A stretch of 15,245 nucleotides of DNA from Candidatus Iainarchaeum sp. (GCA_038895675.1 JAWANB010000001.1:96372-111616), one strand, 5' to 3'; counted from the first letter of the stretch, positions 1 through 8,708 are shown. Notes: generated by a model from the letters alone, not told the origin. A program made the numbers and translations.

Positions 1-2597
1 TTATTCAAGTCCAAAGCAACGTTATTCAAATCTAATTTAGGCAAATTCAAATCCATTTCATTAACTTTTTTCTCACCATTCCTCAAAAAAGACTCTTGAG
101 TCTCAGATAGTAAAAGATTTATTTTAGTTGACCTTTCTAAGCCTTGAGAATTTCTCGCATAAATAGTAATTTCAGTCTTCTCAGGCAAGTCAAAAGGCGG
201 AGAAATAAAATAAATCACTGTTTTGGCAGAACTAGCCTCTAAACTTATCTCTTTTTCAGGAAAGTGAACATAGTTTTTATCAGAACTCAAAAACACGTTT
301 ATTGGCTCTAAACCCTTATTTTCTAAATACAACTTTAGAACTCTACCTTCGCAAGTTTTTGCGTCAATATCTTTTTCAGTAGCAATAATTGAAAAATCAA
401 AACAAACAACGTCAGAAAGTAAATTTGCTTTTTGCTCTTTTTCTATCGTCATTTTGTCTGAAGCTGCAATAACCTTAATCGTATTAATGTCAGAATTGGC
501 AATAACATTAAAATCTATCTCTGCAACAGACTTAGGTTTTACTTCAACTTCCTTTAAACCATTTACAATGTACTTAGGATAATAATCTATAAAAAATTTC
601 TGAGGCAATTCGCCATAATTGTATAAAATTGCTTTGTTTTTGGAAACATGACCAGGACAAAAATTCACTGGCGCCAAAAACAAGTCTGCACTATAGCATT
701 TTACTATTTCTAATGAAAAATCTCTCTCATAACTTAAACTATCTGACTTTAAAGAAATTGAAAACTTTTTTTTAGCGTCTTGCTGCTTAATGACTCCAAT
801 AGAGAAATAAATATTATACAAGCTATCTTCTAATTCCTCCAAATTATGCGCATCAAAATATTTGCCGTTAGTTGAAGAAGATATTAATTGTAATTGTCTT
901 TTACCATCCTCGTCTATGTCAAAGCCAATAGAAAATACAACGATGTTCAAATCTTTAAGCACTTTAATAGCTTCTTGGATATTTCCATCACAAGTTTCTT
1001 TGCCGTCACTAATCAATAAAATATATTTTTTGCTGTTAGACAAGTTGACAAAGTCAAACGAAGACGCCTTCAAAGCTTGAGCCAAAGGAGTCATACCATT
1101 AGGCTCCAAAGACTGAACATACCTTTTAATAGTCTCATAATTACCTTTATTAGGTTTAACAAACAAGTAAGAATCCTCGCATTTTTCACCTTGCCCAAAG
1201 ACCCTGAAAGCCGTTGAAACGTCTTCTATTTTGTCTAAAATTTTTGACAAAGCTTTTTTTGCTGAAAAAATTTTCTTTTCTCCATTAGTCAATTCGTTCA
1301 TCGAACCTGAAACATCAAACACTATCTCTAAAGCAATGCTCTCTAATTTAGCATTTTCCTCTTTCACCAATTTTGAAACATCTATAGTCGCATTAAATTT
1401 TTCTAAACCGTTCGAAGAAATAGCAAACGATTTTTTATTTAGTTCGCCAGGTAAACCAGACAAAGAAACATTCAAATTCAATTCAGACAAAGACGAATTT
1501 TTAACTTCAAACTCAAAAGTAGGATTTTCTTCACTACAAACCACTTCTGGCCCTGACACTTTAGAAAATTGAATAGAATAACAATCATTTATGCTTATTA
1601 CAAAATCTTTAGAAACGCTATTACCAAAACTACTTTTAGCTGTAATGCTTACAGGAAAATTTCCTTTTTTTACTTTCGTTTTATCTAATATTAAATCTAT
1701 TTCAGCAATAGAATTTGATTTAAGACTAATATTATTTTTTGAAAGTTTTATCCAATCTGGAGCGTTCAAACTTAAATTTATTTCGTCTTCGAGTTTTCCT
1801 AAATTATGAATCTTTATTAGTGGATTCTCAATTTTTTCAAAGCAAGTATTATATTTACCATCAACAAAATTATCTCCTAAAACAAGTCTCAAATCCTGTC
1901 CTGAAGAAATGTTCAAATTGAAATTTTTTTCAGTATAAAAATTAGGATTAACCAAAACACCTCTTAACCTAAAAGGATAATCGCCTTTTTTAGCATCACA
2001 AGGAGGGTGAATTTTCAAAACTATTTTTTGAGGAGAACCTTTTACCACATTTACCTTTTCAGAACTCAAAGTATACCAACTTTTCTCAAGCCCAAATAAT
2101 AAAATTTGGACTCTTTCAATAGTCTGATTAGGTACGATAGAATTGTTTTCCAAAGTTATTTCTATAGTTTTTTCTTCACATTGTGCTAACGAAAAATCTA
2201 CAGAACTTGAACTAATTCCTAAAAAATGGCCTTGTTTCAAATCCAAACTACAGACTTTAGACATTTTTTCTGTTTGATTATAAACCAATATATCTGCAAA
2301 ATATTTACCAGGATCTGCATAACAATGGGCAACAGAAAAAACATTCAAAGTAGTACATTCATTTGGTTCTAAAGTAAAAGTTTCAGGAAGAACATTAAAC
2401 CAATTAACTGCTTCATAATTTTTTGCCACTGAAAAATAAGTTTGAGTGCTTTGCGAATTATTACAAACTTTTAATTGTTCTCCCCTTAAATCACATTGAA
2501 CTGCCTCAAAAGAACAATCGCCACTAATTTCTAAAGAAAAAACAATTTGAGAAAACAAAACAAGCAAAAACAATGTTTTCAAAATTTTTAGAACCAT
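1..2597 (-). CDS. Large secreted Ig-like repeat protein with internal von Willebrand factor A (vWA) domain; putative adhesin; 3'-truncated by the window edge (>865 aa)
   Basis: Not in the ORF track; translated by hand. ATG at 2597, 3 nt after the upstream stop, preceded by GAGGG. The frame is open to position 1. The N-terminus MVLKILKTLFLLVLFSQIVFS is signal-peptide-like. Repeated ~100-aa beta-rich units (e.g. IKIHNLGKLEDEINLSLNAPDWIKLSKNNISL...KGNFPVSITAKS). vWA motifs IVFDVSGSM (D at 1314-1316), GMTPLAQAL (T at 1089-1091), ILLISDGKETC (D at 1005-1007) and VFSIGF. Confidence 0.9.
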   Translation of the reverse strand, partial: MVLKILKTLFLLVLFSQIVFSLEISGDCSFEAVQCDLRGEQLKVCNNSQSTQTYFSVAKNYEAVNWFNVLPETFTLEPNECTTLNVFSVAHCYADPGKYFADILVYNQTEKMSKVCSLDLKQGHFLGISSSSVDFSLAQCEEKTIEITLENNSIVPNQTIERVQILLFGLEKSWYTLSSEKVNVVKGSPQKIVLKIHPPCDAKKGDYPFRLRGVLVNPNFYTEKNFNLNISSGQDLRLVLGDNFVDGKYNTCFEKIENPLIKIHNLGKLEDEINLSLNAPDWIKLSKNNISLKSNSIAEIDLILDKTKVKKGNFPVSITAKSSFGNSVSKDFVISINDCYSIQFSKVSGPEVVCSEENPTFEFEVKNSSLSELNLNVSLSGLPGELNKKSFAISSNGLEKFNATIDVSKLVKEENAKLESIALEIVFDVSGSMNELTNGEKKIFSAKKALSKILDKIEDVSTAFRVFGQGEKCEDSYLFVKPNKGNYETIKRYVQSLEPNGMTPLAQALKASSFDFVNLSNSKKYILLISDGKETCDGNIQEAIKVLKDLNIVVFSIGFDIDEDGKRQLQLISSSTNGKYFDAHNLEELEDSLYNIYFSIGVIKQQDAKKKFSISLKSDSLSYERDFSLEIVKCYSADLFLAPVNFCPGHVSKNKAILYNYGELPQKFFIDYYPKYIVNGLKEVEVKPKSVAEIDFNVIANSDINTIKVIAASDKMTIEKEQKANLLSDVVCFDFSIIATEKDIDAKTCEGRVLKLYLENKGLEPINVFLSSDKNYVHFPEKEISLEASSAKTVIYFISPPFDLPEKTEITIYARNSQGLERSTKINLLLSETQESFLRNGEKKVNEMDLNLPKLDLNNVALDLN

Positions 2598-2600
2598 AAC

Positions 2601-4715
2601 TTAACCCTCTATCACCTTTACTTTTGTCAAATTATCTTTTCTAAGTACAAAAAATAACAAAAGTACTAACAACAAAAAAAACAAAAAAGCTCCTGCCAAA
2701 AAGAAGTTACCTAAGGTAAACAAGCCTGAAAAAGGCAATTTATCATTCTTTTCAGTTTCAACACTTTTTTGAGGCAAAATTTTTAACAAGACATTTTTTG
2801 AAACTACTTTATCGCCTTTCTTTAAATCTATTCTTAAATTATAAGACCCTGGTTTTGCATTATCCAAAGCTTTTATCTCTGTTGAAACTTGCAAAGTCTT
2901 GTTAGGCAATATTTCTCTTATTTTTAAATTCTCAGCACTTATTTGATCAGAAGAAAAAGAAATAATCAGATTTTCGGCAGGCATGTAACTGTTGTTTTTT
3001 AAAGTAAGCCTTATCTCTTTTGATGAACCTGCTTTTAATTCTATTTCAGAAGGAAAAGAAACAAGAGTAGGAAAACCATCTGCTTCAACTGATGAAACTA
3101 TTTTAAACTTTAAGTCTATTCTTTCACTAAAACTATTTGATGAAACTTCTATGGGCAAAACATAATCACCAGGAGAAGCCTCTATCGAAGGATTGACAAA
3201 AACAAAGACTGACTTGGACTTAGAAGGGGCTAATACAAAGTTTTTTTCAGGAATCAAAACCTGAACATTTTGAACTTCATTAAGAACCTTTAAATTAATT
3301 TTTTCTTCAAAATCGCCTAAGTTTTTAACAAGTATTTCAAATACTTGGCCCTTATCTGCAGAACAAACTCTTGCTTCAAAACTATTATTCAAAACGTTTA
3401 CTTCTAAAAGTCTTTTAGGCAGAACTGAAACTCTAATGTTTTTAATTTCTGACTGATTCTCATTCCAAACATATAAAGTAATGAAATGCGTACCTTTATT
3501 GTCAGTAGGTCTTGCAGAAACACTTAAATTAACTCTTCTCATCCCGTCTTTTTCTATTTCAACTTTACTATGAGTCAATTTATTAGGCAATGTTCCATCA
3601 GAACTCAAATTAATTTCTTGAGTTTTTTTACTTTTATTAAAAATATTAATCGTGAAATTTAAAGTTTGCCCAGCTCTTATCTCGTTTTGCAAAGGATAAA
3701 CTTCAATTGAAAAGTCCTTAGAATCACATTCAATTAGTTCTACTTCAAAGCTTGCTATTTGCCTAACATCAGAATCTGTTCTAAAAATAATTTCATGTTT
3801 ACCTAAAAAATCTTTGTTAGTATTCAATTTCAATTCAAAATTTGTTTTTGAATTAGGATACAAGTTTAAAATTTTTCCGCTTGGTTCTGGTAAAAGCAAG
3901 TCATTGTAAGCATAAACAGCGAATTCTTTGTTGTTACTTTTGTTGATTGCCTCAAATTCTAAAGTTTGAGAATAAGGCTCTAAACACAACTGTTTGCCTG
4001 AAATGAGTTTTATTTCCAAAGGACTTTGATATTCAGAAATAGATAGTTTAACAGTTTTCTCTAAAAAAGTAGAACTTGATTTTACATAAACATTGAAATA
4101 ATAATTACTTGAATATGCGTCTTCATGAGCCATCACTTCCAACGAAATTTCAAGAGATTCATTGGCTGAAATACAATAATTACTTTTAGTAAAACTAAAG
4201 TCTATAAATTTTTCAATTAAAACAGGTTTATTGACACCTAATTCAAAACAAGTTTTTTCTAAGCCTTTATTTGTAATTTTAACTAAAATTGAAGCTCTTT
4301 CACCAGGTTTTAATCTAATTTCTTGTTTTTCTACCTCAACAATTAAACTACTGCTTAATTCGCTTATTTTGCTTTCATTAGATACAAAAGCGTAAAAATC
4401 AGCGTAAACTGACTCAAAAGGAGAACTAGCACTAACCCTAATTCTACTTTTACCATTGTTTTGCAAAGCCTTGCTACAACTCACAAAATAATTATCCACA
4501 ATATAACAATCGACTAACGACGGATTGCTTTGTGAAACAACATTAAAAACAACATTATTCAAATTCTCTGAAACTAAGTAGTTTCTCAAATCTAACACTT
4601 TTTCAGCAGTACTATTTTCACTAACTCTTATGTCTGAAATAGAGTTAAAACTCAAAGATGCGTGAGCAAAACCAAATAAAATCAAGAATCCAAACAAAAA
4701 GAAAATTTTTTTCAT
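2601..4715 (-). CDS. Secreted, C-terminally membrane-anchored Ig-like repeat surface protein (one cadherin-like unit plus about five CARDB/NEW3-like units), 704 aa
   Basis: Signal peptide MKKIFFLFGFLILFGFAHA|S; GGTGA RBS; ATGA overlap with the upstream stop. Repeated [IV]xNxG/S...L.P....V...A.PGxY units. C-terminal FSGLFTL + hydrophobic helix + RK tail. Confidence 0.85.
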   Translation of the reverse strand: MKKIFFLFGFLILFGFAHASLSFNSISDIRVSENSTAEKVLDLRNYLVSENLNNVVFNVVSQSNPSLVDCYIVDNYFVSCSKALQNNGKSRIRVSASSPFESVYADFYAFVSNESKISELSSSLIVEVEKQEIRLKPGERASILVKITNKGLEKTCFELGVNKPVLIEKFIDFSFTKSNYCISANESLEISLEVMAHEDAYSSNYYFNVYVKSSSTFLEKTVKLSISEYQSPLEIKLISGKQLCLEPYSQTLEFEAINKSNNKEFAVYAYNDLLLPEPSGKILNLYPNSKTNFELKLNTNKDFLGKHEIIFRTDSDVRQIASFEVELIECDSKDFSIEVYPLQNEIRAGQTLNFTINIFNKSKKTQEINLSSDGTLPNKLTHSKVEIEKDGMRRVNLSVSARPTDNKGTHFITLYVWNENQSEIKNIRVSVLPKRLLEVNVLNNSFEARVCSADKGQVFEILVKNLGDFEEKINLKVLNEVQNVQVLIPEKNFVLAPSKSKSVFVFVNPSIEASPGDYVLPIEVSSNSFSERIDLKFKIVSSVEADGFPTLVSFPSEIELKAGSSKEIRLTLKNNSYMPAENLIISFSSDQISAENLKIREILPNKTLQVSTEIKALDNAKPGSYNLRIDLKKGDKVVSKNVLLKILPQKSVETEKNDKLPFSGLFTLGNFFLAGAFLFFLLLVLLLFFVLRKDNLTKVKVIEG

Positions 4716-5494
4716 TTTTTCACCACTAACTTAGTAAACCTTGCTACGAAAACGAGCAACAACAAAGCAGCTAAAAAAGCCAAGAATATGTTAAGTAAAA
4801 TTCCAAAATCAATGTTTGGCAAAACGAACAAGCCTGAAAACAAAGTTTGGATATTTTGATCCAAATAAGTCGCTTTTACAACAAGCTTTTTATCTTTACA
4901 AGAAAATTCAGCAATTAAGTCTGCATTAGGTTTAGGCTTTTCAGAAAATTCAATTAAAAGCTTTTTTTCTTCAAAAGGCAAAAACTCAAACGACTTTAAC
5001 TTAGACTCAAAGTTAGTAGTCCTAATCAAGTCAAGTTGCTTTCTTTTGTATGATAAATTTTTTGCAATTAATTCTAAACCATTTTCTTTTACTAAATTTT
5101 TATCCAGACTTATTGTGCACGCGTCTTCAGAAAAATAGTTTACAAAAAATTCTTTTTCAAAAATATCGCCTTCAACGTCAATAGTTAAAGCAGCAACATA
5201 AGTTTTTCCTTCAAGAGCTTCTTCTGGAAAAATTCTTATTGAATACTTTCCTATTTCATTAGGCAAAAGATAATCTTTAGACTCTAATACAAAATACTTG
5301 CCTGGCAAAAAGTAGTCTATGCTTACTTGCCTTTTTACACTACTATCGTTATGAATGTTAAATGACAACTCTTTTGGAGTTTCGCCTATTTCTAACGATT
5401 CTGGGAAGTCAGTAATATACGTAGATAAAGCTAAAGTAGAAAATGAAAAAATTATAATAATCAAACTTAACAAAAAACATAAAGTCTTTTTCAT
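4712..5494 (-). CDS. Small secreted, membrane-anchored Ig-like protein (about two beta-sandwich domains), 260 aa
   Basis: Start re-called to the ATG at 5494 (GGTG RBS at 5500-5503; the track start at 5536 overlaps the upstream gene). Signal peptide MKKTLCFLLSLIIIIFSFSTLA. C-terminal FSGLFVL + TM helix + ARFTKLVVKK. Confidence 0.85.
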   Translation of the reverse strand: MKKTLCFLLSLIIIIFSFSTLALSTYITDFPESLEIGETPKELSFNIHNDSSVKRQVSIDYFLPGKYFVLESKDYLLPNEIGKYSIRIFPEEALEGKTYVAALTIDVEGDIFEKEFFVNYFSEDACTISLDKNLVKENGLELIAKNLSYKRKQLDLIRTTNFESKLKSFEFLPFEEKKLLIEFSEKPKPNADLIAEFSCKDKKLVVKATYLDQNIQTLFSGLFVLPNIDFGILLNIFLAFLAALLLLVFVARFTKLVVKK

Positions 5495-5504
5495 TTTAAC
5501 ACCA

Positions 5505-8500
5505 TTATTTTTTTGAAACAACTGAAAGCAAACCAAAAACAGCCAAGATTAAAATAATTATAATTAAAATGAAGGTAATTGGCCAAACGACCAAAGACCC
5601 AAGTCCTGTAATAAAGTCTTCTTTTTTAGGAATTTCGAATTCTATTGGAACAACTCTTGTTGCTTCTTTTGATTCTACTAAAACAGAAGCTTGGAATTTG
5701 CCACTCACTGAACTCTCTTTTATTTCCAAATCTAATTGCTCGTTTTTCTTCCAAACTGAAACTGAAACTTCCTTAAATTTTAATCCTTCTGGCAAGTCAA
5801 CTATTGAAACCCTAACATTGTTCAATTCATCTCCAGAATTTATTAAAGACAATTTGTTTTCAGTTATAGTACTTGATTTCAAATCAATAACTATGGTTGT
5901 TTGTGGTTTTTGTTCTTTCAAAACATCTATGTTTACGAATCTTGACTTGGAGTTTACAATAGATTCATCAACATTGTTGTAGTATAATTGTAACTCTAAA
6001 TTATCTGAACCGGCGTTTCTGCCTGAAACTCTAACATCAATAGTATTACTTTGGTTAGGAGATAAACAAAAATTTGAATTGCTTATACTTGAAGTAAATC
6101 TTGAACTGTTATTCAAAGAAACTCTATAACATTGTGTCTTGTTGCTTTTATTTTTCACTATTGCGTTTATTGTTTTTGTCTGGTTTTCAAATACGCTTAT
6201 TGAAGAGGTAGATAAAGCTATTTCCGGTTCTGTTATGCTTATATTTGCGCCGTTGTCAGTTCCAACGTTTGTTGCAACGTCATTAACTTTTACTGAAAAC
6301 TTTTTCTTTATGTCAGAACTACTACAATACTTTCCGTTAGAAAATCTGCCGCTAACTCTTACTTCAGCTTCGCCTGTTCTCGTAGAACTAACGCCTAAAG
6401 ACTCTATTGTTATTTTGAAAGTTTCTTCATCATAGCGTGAGACTTCATCAAAGGTTCTTTCTAATTTAGTGTTGAAATAACTACTACTTTCGCTTACAGA
6501 AATGCTTGTTATTTCAAAGTCTCTAGAGCTTGTGTTTTTTAAAGTAAAATACTTTGAATTAACACTATTTTCATTAACTGAAAAGTCTTGAGTTATTATT
6601 TTTATGTCAGAACAATAAGTGCTTGAGGTTGAACTATAGTTAGGGTTTATTCTTATACGATAATAGTAAGTGCCTATATCCGAAAAAGAACAAACGTCTC
6701 CGTTTTCAAATTCTCCTCTTATTCTTATACTTCCAGTTGCCTCTCTTGCATAATTTGTACTATCGCTTTCAAATTCTACTTCTAAATCTGTTTCATCGTA
6801 AGCCAAAACCTTTTTATCATAATCATAATCTAAAATTCTCAAATATTGGCTGTCTTCACCTAAATCAACATCTGTAATTCTAAAATCGTATTTCGAATTG
6901 TTTTTTATAGTGAAGTTCTCAACTTGCCTTTCATCACCATTCATAAATACTGTGTAAGTTATAACTCTTATGTCATTGCATGAGTTAGTCAACTCTGGAA
7001 ATACTTCCACAAAGAACGAGTCTTGATCCTTGTTGCCTTGTGGATCAACTACCTCAACAATTATAGTGCTTGTTCCATACTTGTTTCTGTAAGGCGCATC
7101 ACATTCAAAGTAATAATTGTCTGCTATTCTACAATAAACAATGTCAGACCTGCTTTGGCTAACAACTCTAAAACTCAATTCACTAACTGGATTGTCATCA
7201 GAAACGTAATTTCTTAAATCAACGTGCCTTGTAGTATAAGAATAATTTTCTCTTATTCTTAAATCTGGAATACCTTGCAAAGAAGGAGTTCTACTATATT
7301 CATTAGAGCCTCTGAGAGTAAAATAGGTTGTTGCTGTTGCTCCTTGAGTATCAGAAACTTGCAGACCTATTAAAGTAGGGCCGATTGAACGAGGCATTGT
7401 AGGATAACACTTCAAATAAGGTTTTTCAATGTAGCAATAAAAGTCTGAGTTGGAACGTGAAATTATTGAAAAAGACAAGTTATCAAAGCTGTCTTCAGCA
7501 TCGTAAGCTTTTGAACGCAAGTCAGCAACTATAGCTGTATTAGGATAACTTATTGTCATGTCTTCAATTTTTACAAAATACGGAGCAGTATTGTATTGTT
7601 GTGGTCTAATAATTATTATAGAAAAAGTCGCAAAAGAAGACAAGCCTTCTTGGTCAGTCACTTTAATAGTCAAAGTGTTAGTCCCTTCGTTGGCTAAAGG
7701 CTTAGTACAACTAACAAACCTATTCTCTAAAATATTACAAGAAACAACGTTAGGATTAGATTGACTTAATAAAGAAAATGAAAGTAAGTTATCAGGTGTC
7801 TCATCATTAGTATAATACCACAAATCAACTATTTTATATAAAGGACCTACTCCAAACTCGAAAGTCTTGTCAGGAATCAAAGAAATTTTTGGTGCAAAGT
7901 TTTGACCATTTTCAACTACTACTTTAAAAGTAGCATCAACAAAAAGGCCTTTTGAATCAGAAGCTCTTATTTTCAAATGATTTACACCAAGCATGTTAGT
8001 TGTTGGAGCTTCACAACTCAAATAATGCAAATTAGAAATAAAGCAATTAATGAGAGTATCATTAGATTGTTCTCTCAACTCAAAATCAAGTATTGAGTCA
8101 TAATCATCAGAAAAGTAATCATAAAGATTAACAAATTTCTCTTTACCCTCAGAATTCCTATTAAATACTATATTAGGATAACCTAATAATTTAGGAGGCC
8201 TATTTTGAGGCTCTTGCAAAGAAATTTTTTTACATTCTAACCTACAACCAATGTTATCAAAGCTCAAAGACTTTAATTTAGGTTTAGTTATTGGAATATT
8301 GCCACCAGCACCATAACCAATTGAAGTACTGCTTTCAATATAGCAACCATTACTCACATCTTTAACTTTATAACCTACACCATTTCCAATATCAACACAA
8401 CCAAGTTTTTCATATCCTGAAGGACAATAAACAGGAGTATTCAAAGAATCAGGGCAAAATGCAATATAACAGTCAGTACCAGTACAAACAGAATAAGTAG

Positions 8501-8651
8501 GATTAGCTAAAAGTAAGGTAAAAACAGCTAACAAAAGGCTTACAATGACATAGACAAAAAAGCCTTTATGTATATTACTTATACTACCATTACTTTTATT
8601 ACTTGTATTACTTAACACCTTATTTATATTGCTAAAAATCTCAAAAATCAT
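5505..8651 (-). CDS. Large multidomain surface protein: 8-Cys N-terminal domain, four cadherin-like repeats, two disulfide Ig repeats, further Ig units, C-terminal TM anchor (~1048 aa)
   Basis: Preferred start is the ATG at 8651 (GGGGT RBS upstream; the TATA box at 8709-8716 would put the TSS downstream of the track's ATG at 8702). Hydrophobic segment FFVYVIVSLLLAVFTLLLA. Four ~100-aa repeats at 6999-8207 and two ~115-aa repeats at ~6280-6983. The C-terminus is ITGLGSL + TM + SKK. Confidence 0.85.
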   Translation of the reverse strand: MIFEIFSNINKVLSNTSNKSNGSISNIHKGFFVYVIVSLLLAVFTLLLANPTYSVCTGTDCYIAFCPDSLNTPVYCPSGYEKLGCVDIGNGVGYKVKDVSNGCYIESSTSIGYGAGGNIPITKPKLKSLSFDNIGCRLECKKISLQEPQNRPPKLLGYPNIVFNRNSEGKEKFVNLYDYFSDDYDSILDFELREQSNDTLINCFISNLHYLSCEAPTTNMLGVNHLKIRASDSKGLFVDATFKVVVENGQNFAPKISLIPDKTFEFGVGPLYKIVDLWYYTNDETPDNLLSFSLLSQSNPNVVSCNILENRFVSCTKPLANEGTNTLTIKVTDQEGLSSFATFSIIIIRPQQYNTAPYFVKIEDMTISYPNTAIVADLRSKAYDAEDSFDNLSFSIISRSNSDFYCYIEKPYLKCYPTMPRSIGPTLIGLQVSDTQGATATTYFTLRGSNEYSRTPSLQGIPDLRIRENYSYTTRHVDLRNYVSDDNPVSELSFRVVSQSRSDIVYCRIADNYYFECDAPYRNKYGTSTIIVEVVDPQGNKDQDSFFVEVFPELTNSCNDIRVITYTVFMNGDERQVENFTIKNNSKYDFRITDVDLGEDSQYLRILDYDYDKKVLAYDETDLEVEFESDSTNYAREATGSIRIRGEFENGDVCSFSDIGTYYYRIRINPNYSSTSSTYCSDIKIITQDFSVNENSVNSKYFTLKNTSSRDFEITSISVSESSSYFNTKLERTFDEVSRYDEETFKITIESLGVSSTRTGEAEVRVSGRFSNGKYCSSSDIKKKFSVKVNDVATNVGTDNGANISITEPEIALSTSSISVFENQTKTINAIVKNKSNKTQCYRVSLNNSSRFTSSISNSNFCLSPNQSNTIDVRVSGRNAGSDNLELQLYYNNVDESIVNSKSRFVNIDVLKEQKPQTTIVIDLKSSTITENKLSLINSGDELNNVRVSIVDLPEGLKFKEVSVSVWKKNEQLDLEIKESSVSGKFQASVLVESKEATRVVPIEFEIPKKEDFITGLGSLVVWPITFILIIIILILAVFGLLSVVSKK
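6280..6983 (-). repeat. Two tandem ~115-aa Ig-like repeats with a Cys pair
   Basis: SCNDIRVIT...FTIKNNSKYDFRITDV...GEFENGDVCSFSDI versus YCSDIKIIT...FTLKNTSSRDFEITSI...GRFSNGKYCSSSDI. Confidence 0.8.
6999..8207 (-). repeat. Four tandem ~100-aa cadherin-like (CADG/Big-type) protein repeats
   Basis: Units start at ~8207, 7904, 7595 and 7295 (~300-nt period). Consensus NxxP..IPD...VDLxxYxxD[DE]...LSF...SQSN...C.I....Y..C..P....G....I.VxDxxG.....F. Repeats are visible at protein level and degenerate at DNA level. Confidence 0.8.
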
Positions 8652-8708
8652 GAAAATAAAGACCCCCAATAAAATTAATTTGTTCCTATTATATAGTGAC
8701 ATCTAAAG

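Noticed and set aside
862..1921. Four short plus-strand ORFs (862, 1231, 1591, 1739)
   Set aside because: Antisense shadows of the long minus-strand vWA/Ig gene, which has clear motifs; they show no recognisable features.
5569..7764. Plus-strand ORFs at 5569, 6139, 7023 and 7558
   Set aside because: Antisense to the large surface protein gene; their composition is typical of reverse-frame translation.
8570..8640. Low-complexity AGTAAT-like pseudo-repeats in the leader of the large protein
   Set aside because: Too degenerate to call a tandem repeat; explained by Ser/Asn codons.
8652..8702. Longer N-terminus (ATG 8702) giving a second hydrophobic stretch
   Set aside because: This ATG lies only ~6 nt from the TATA box, upstream of the expected TSS, while ATG 8651 has an RBS. 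Not excluded without TSS data.
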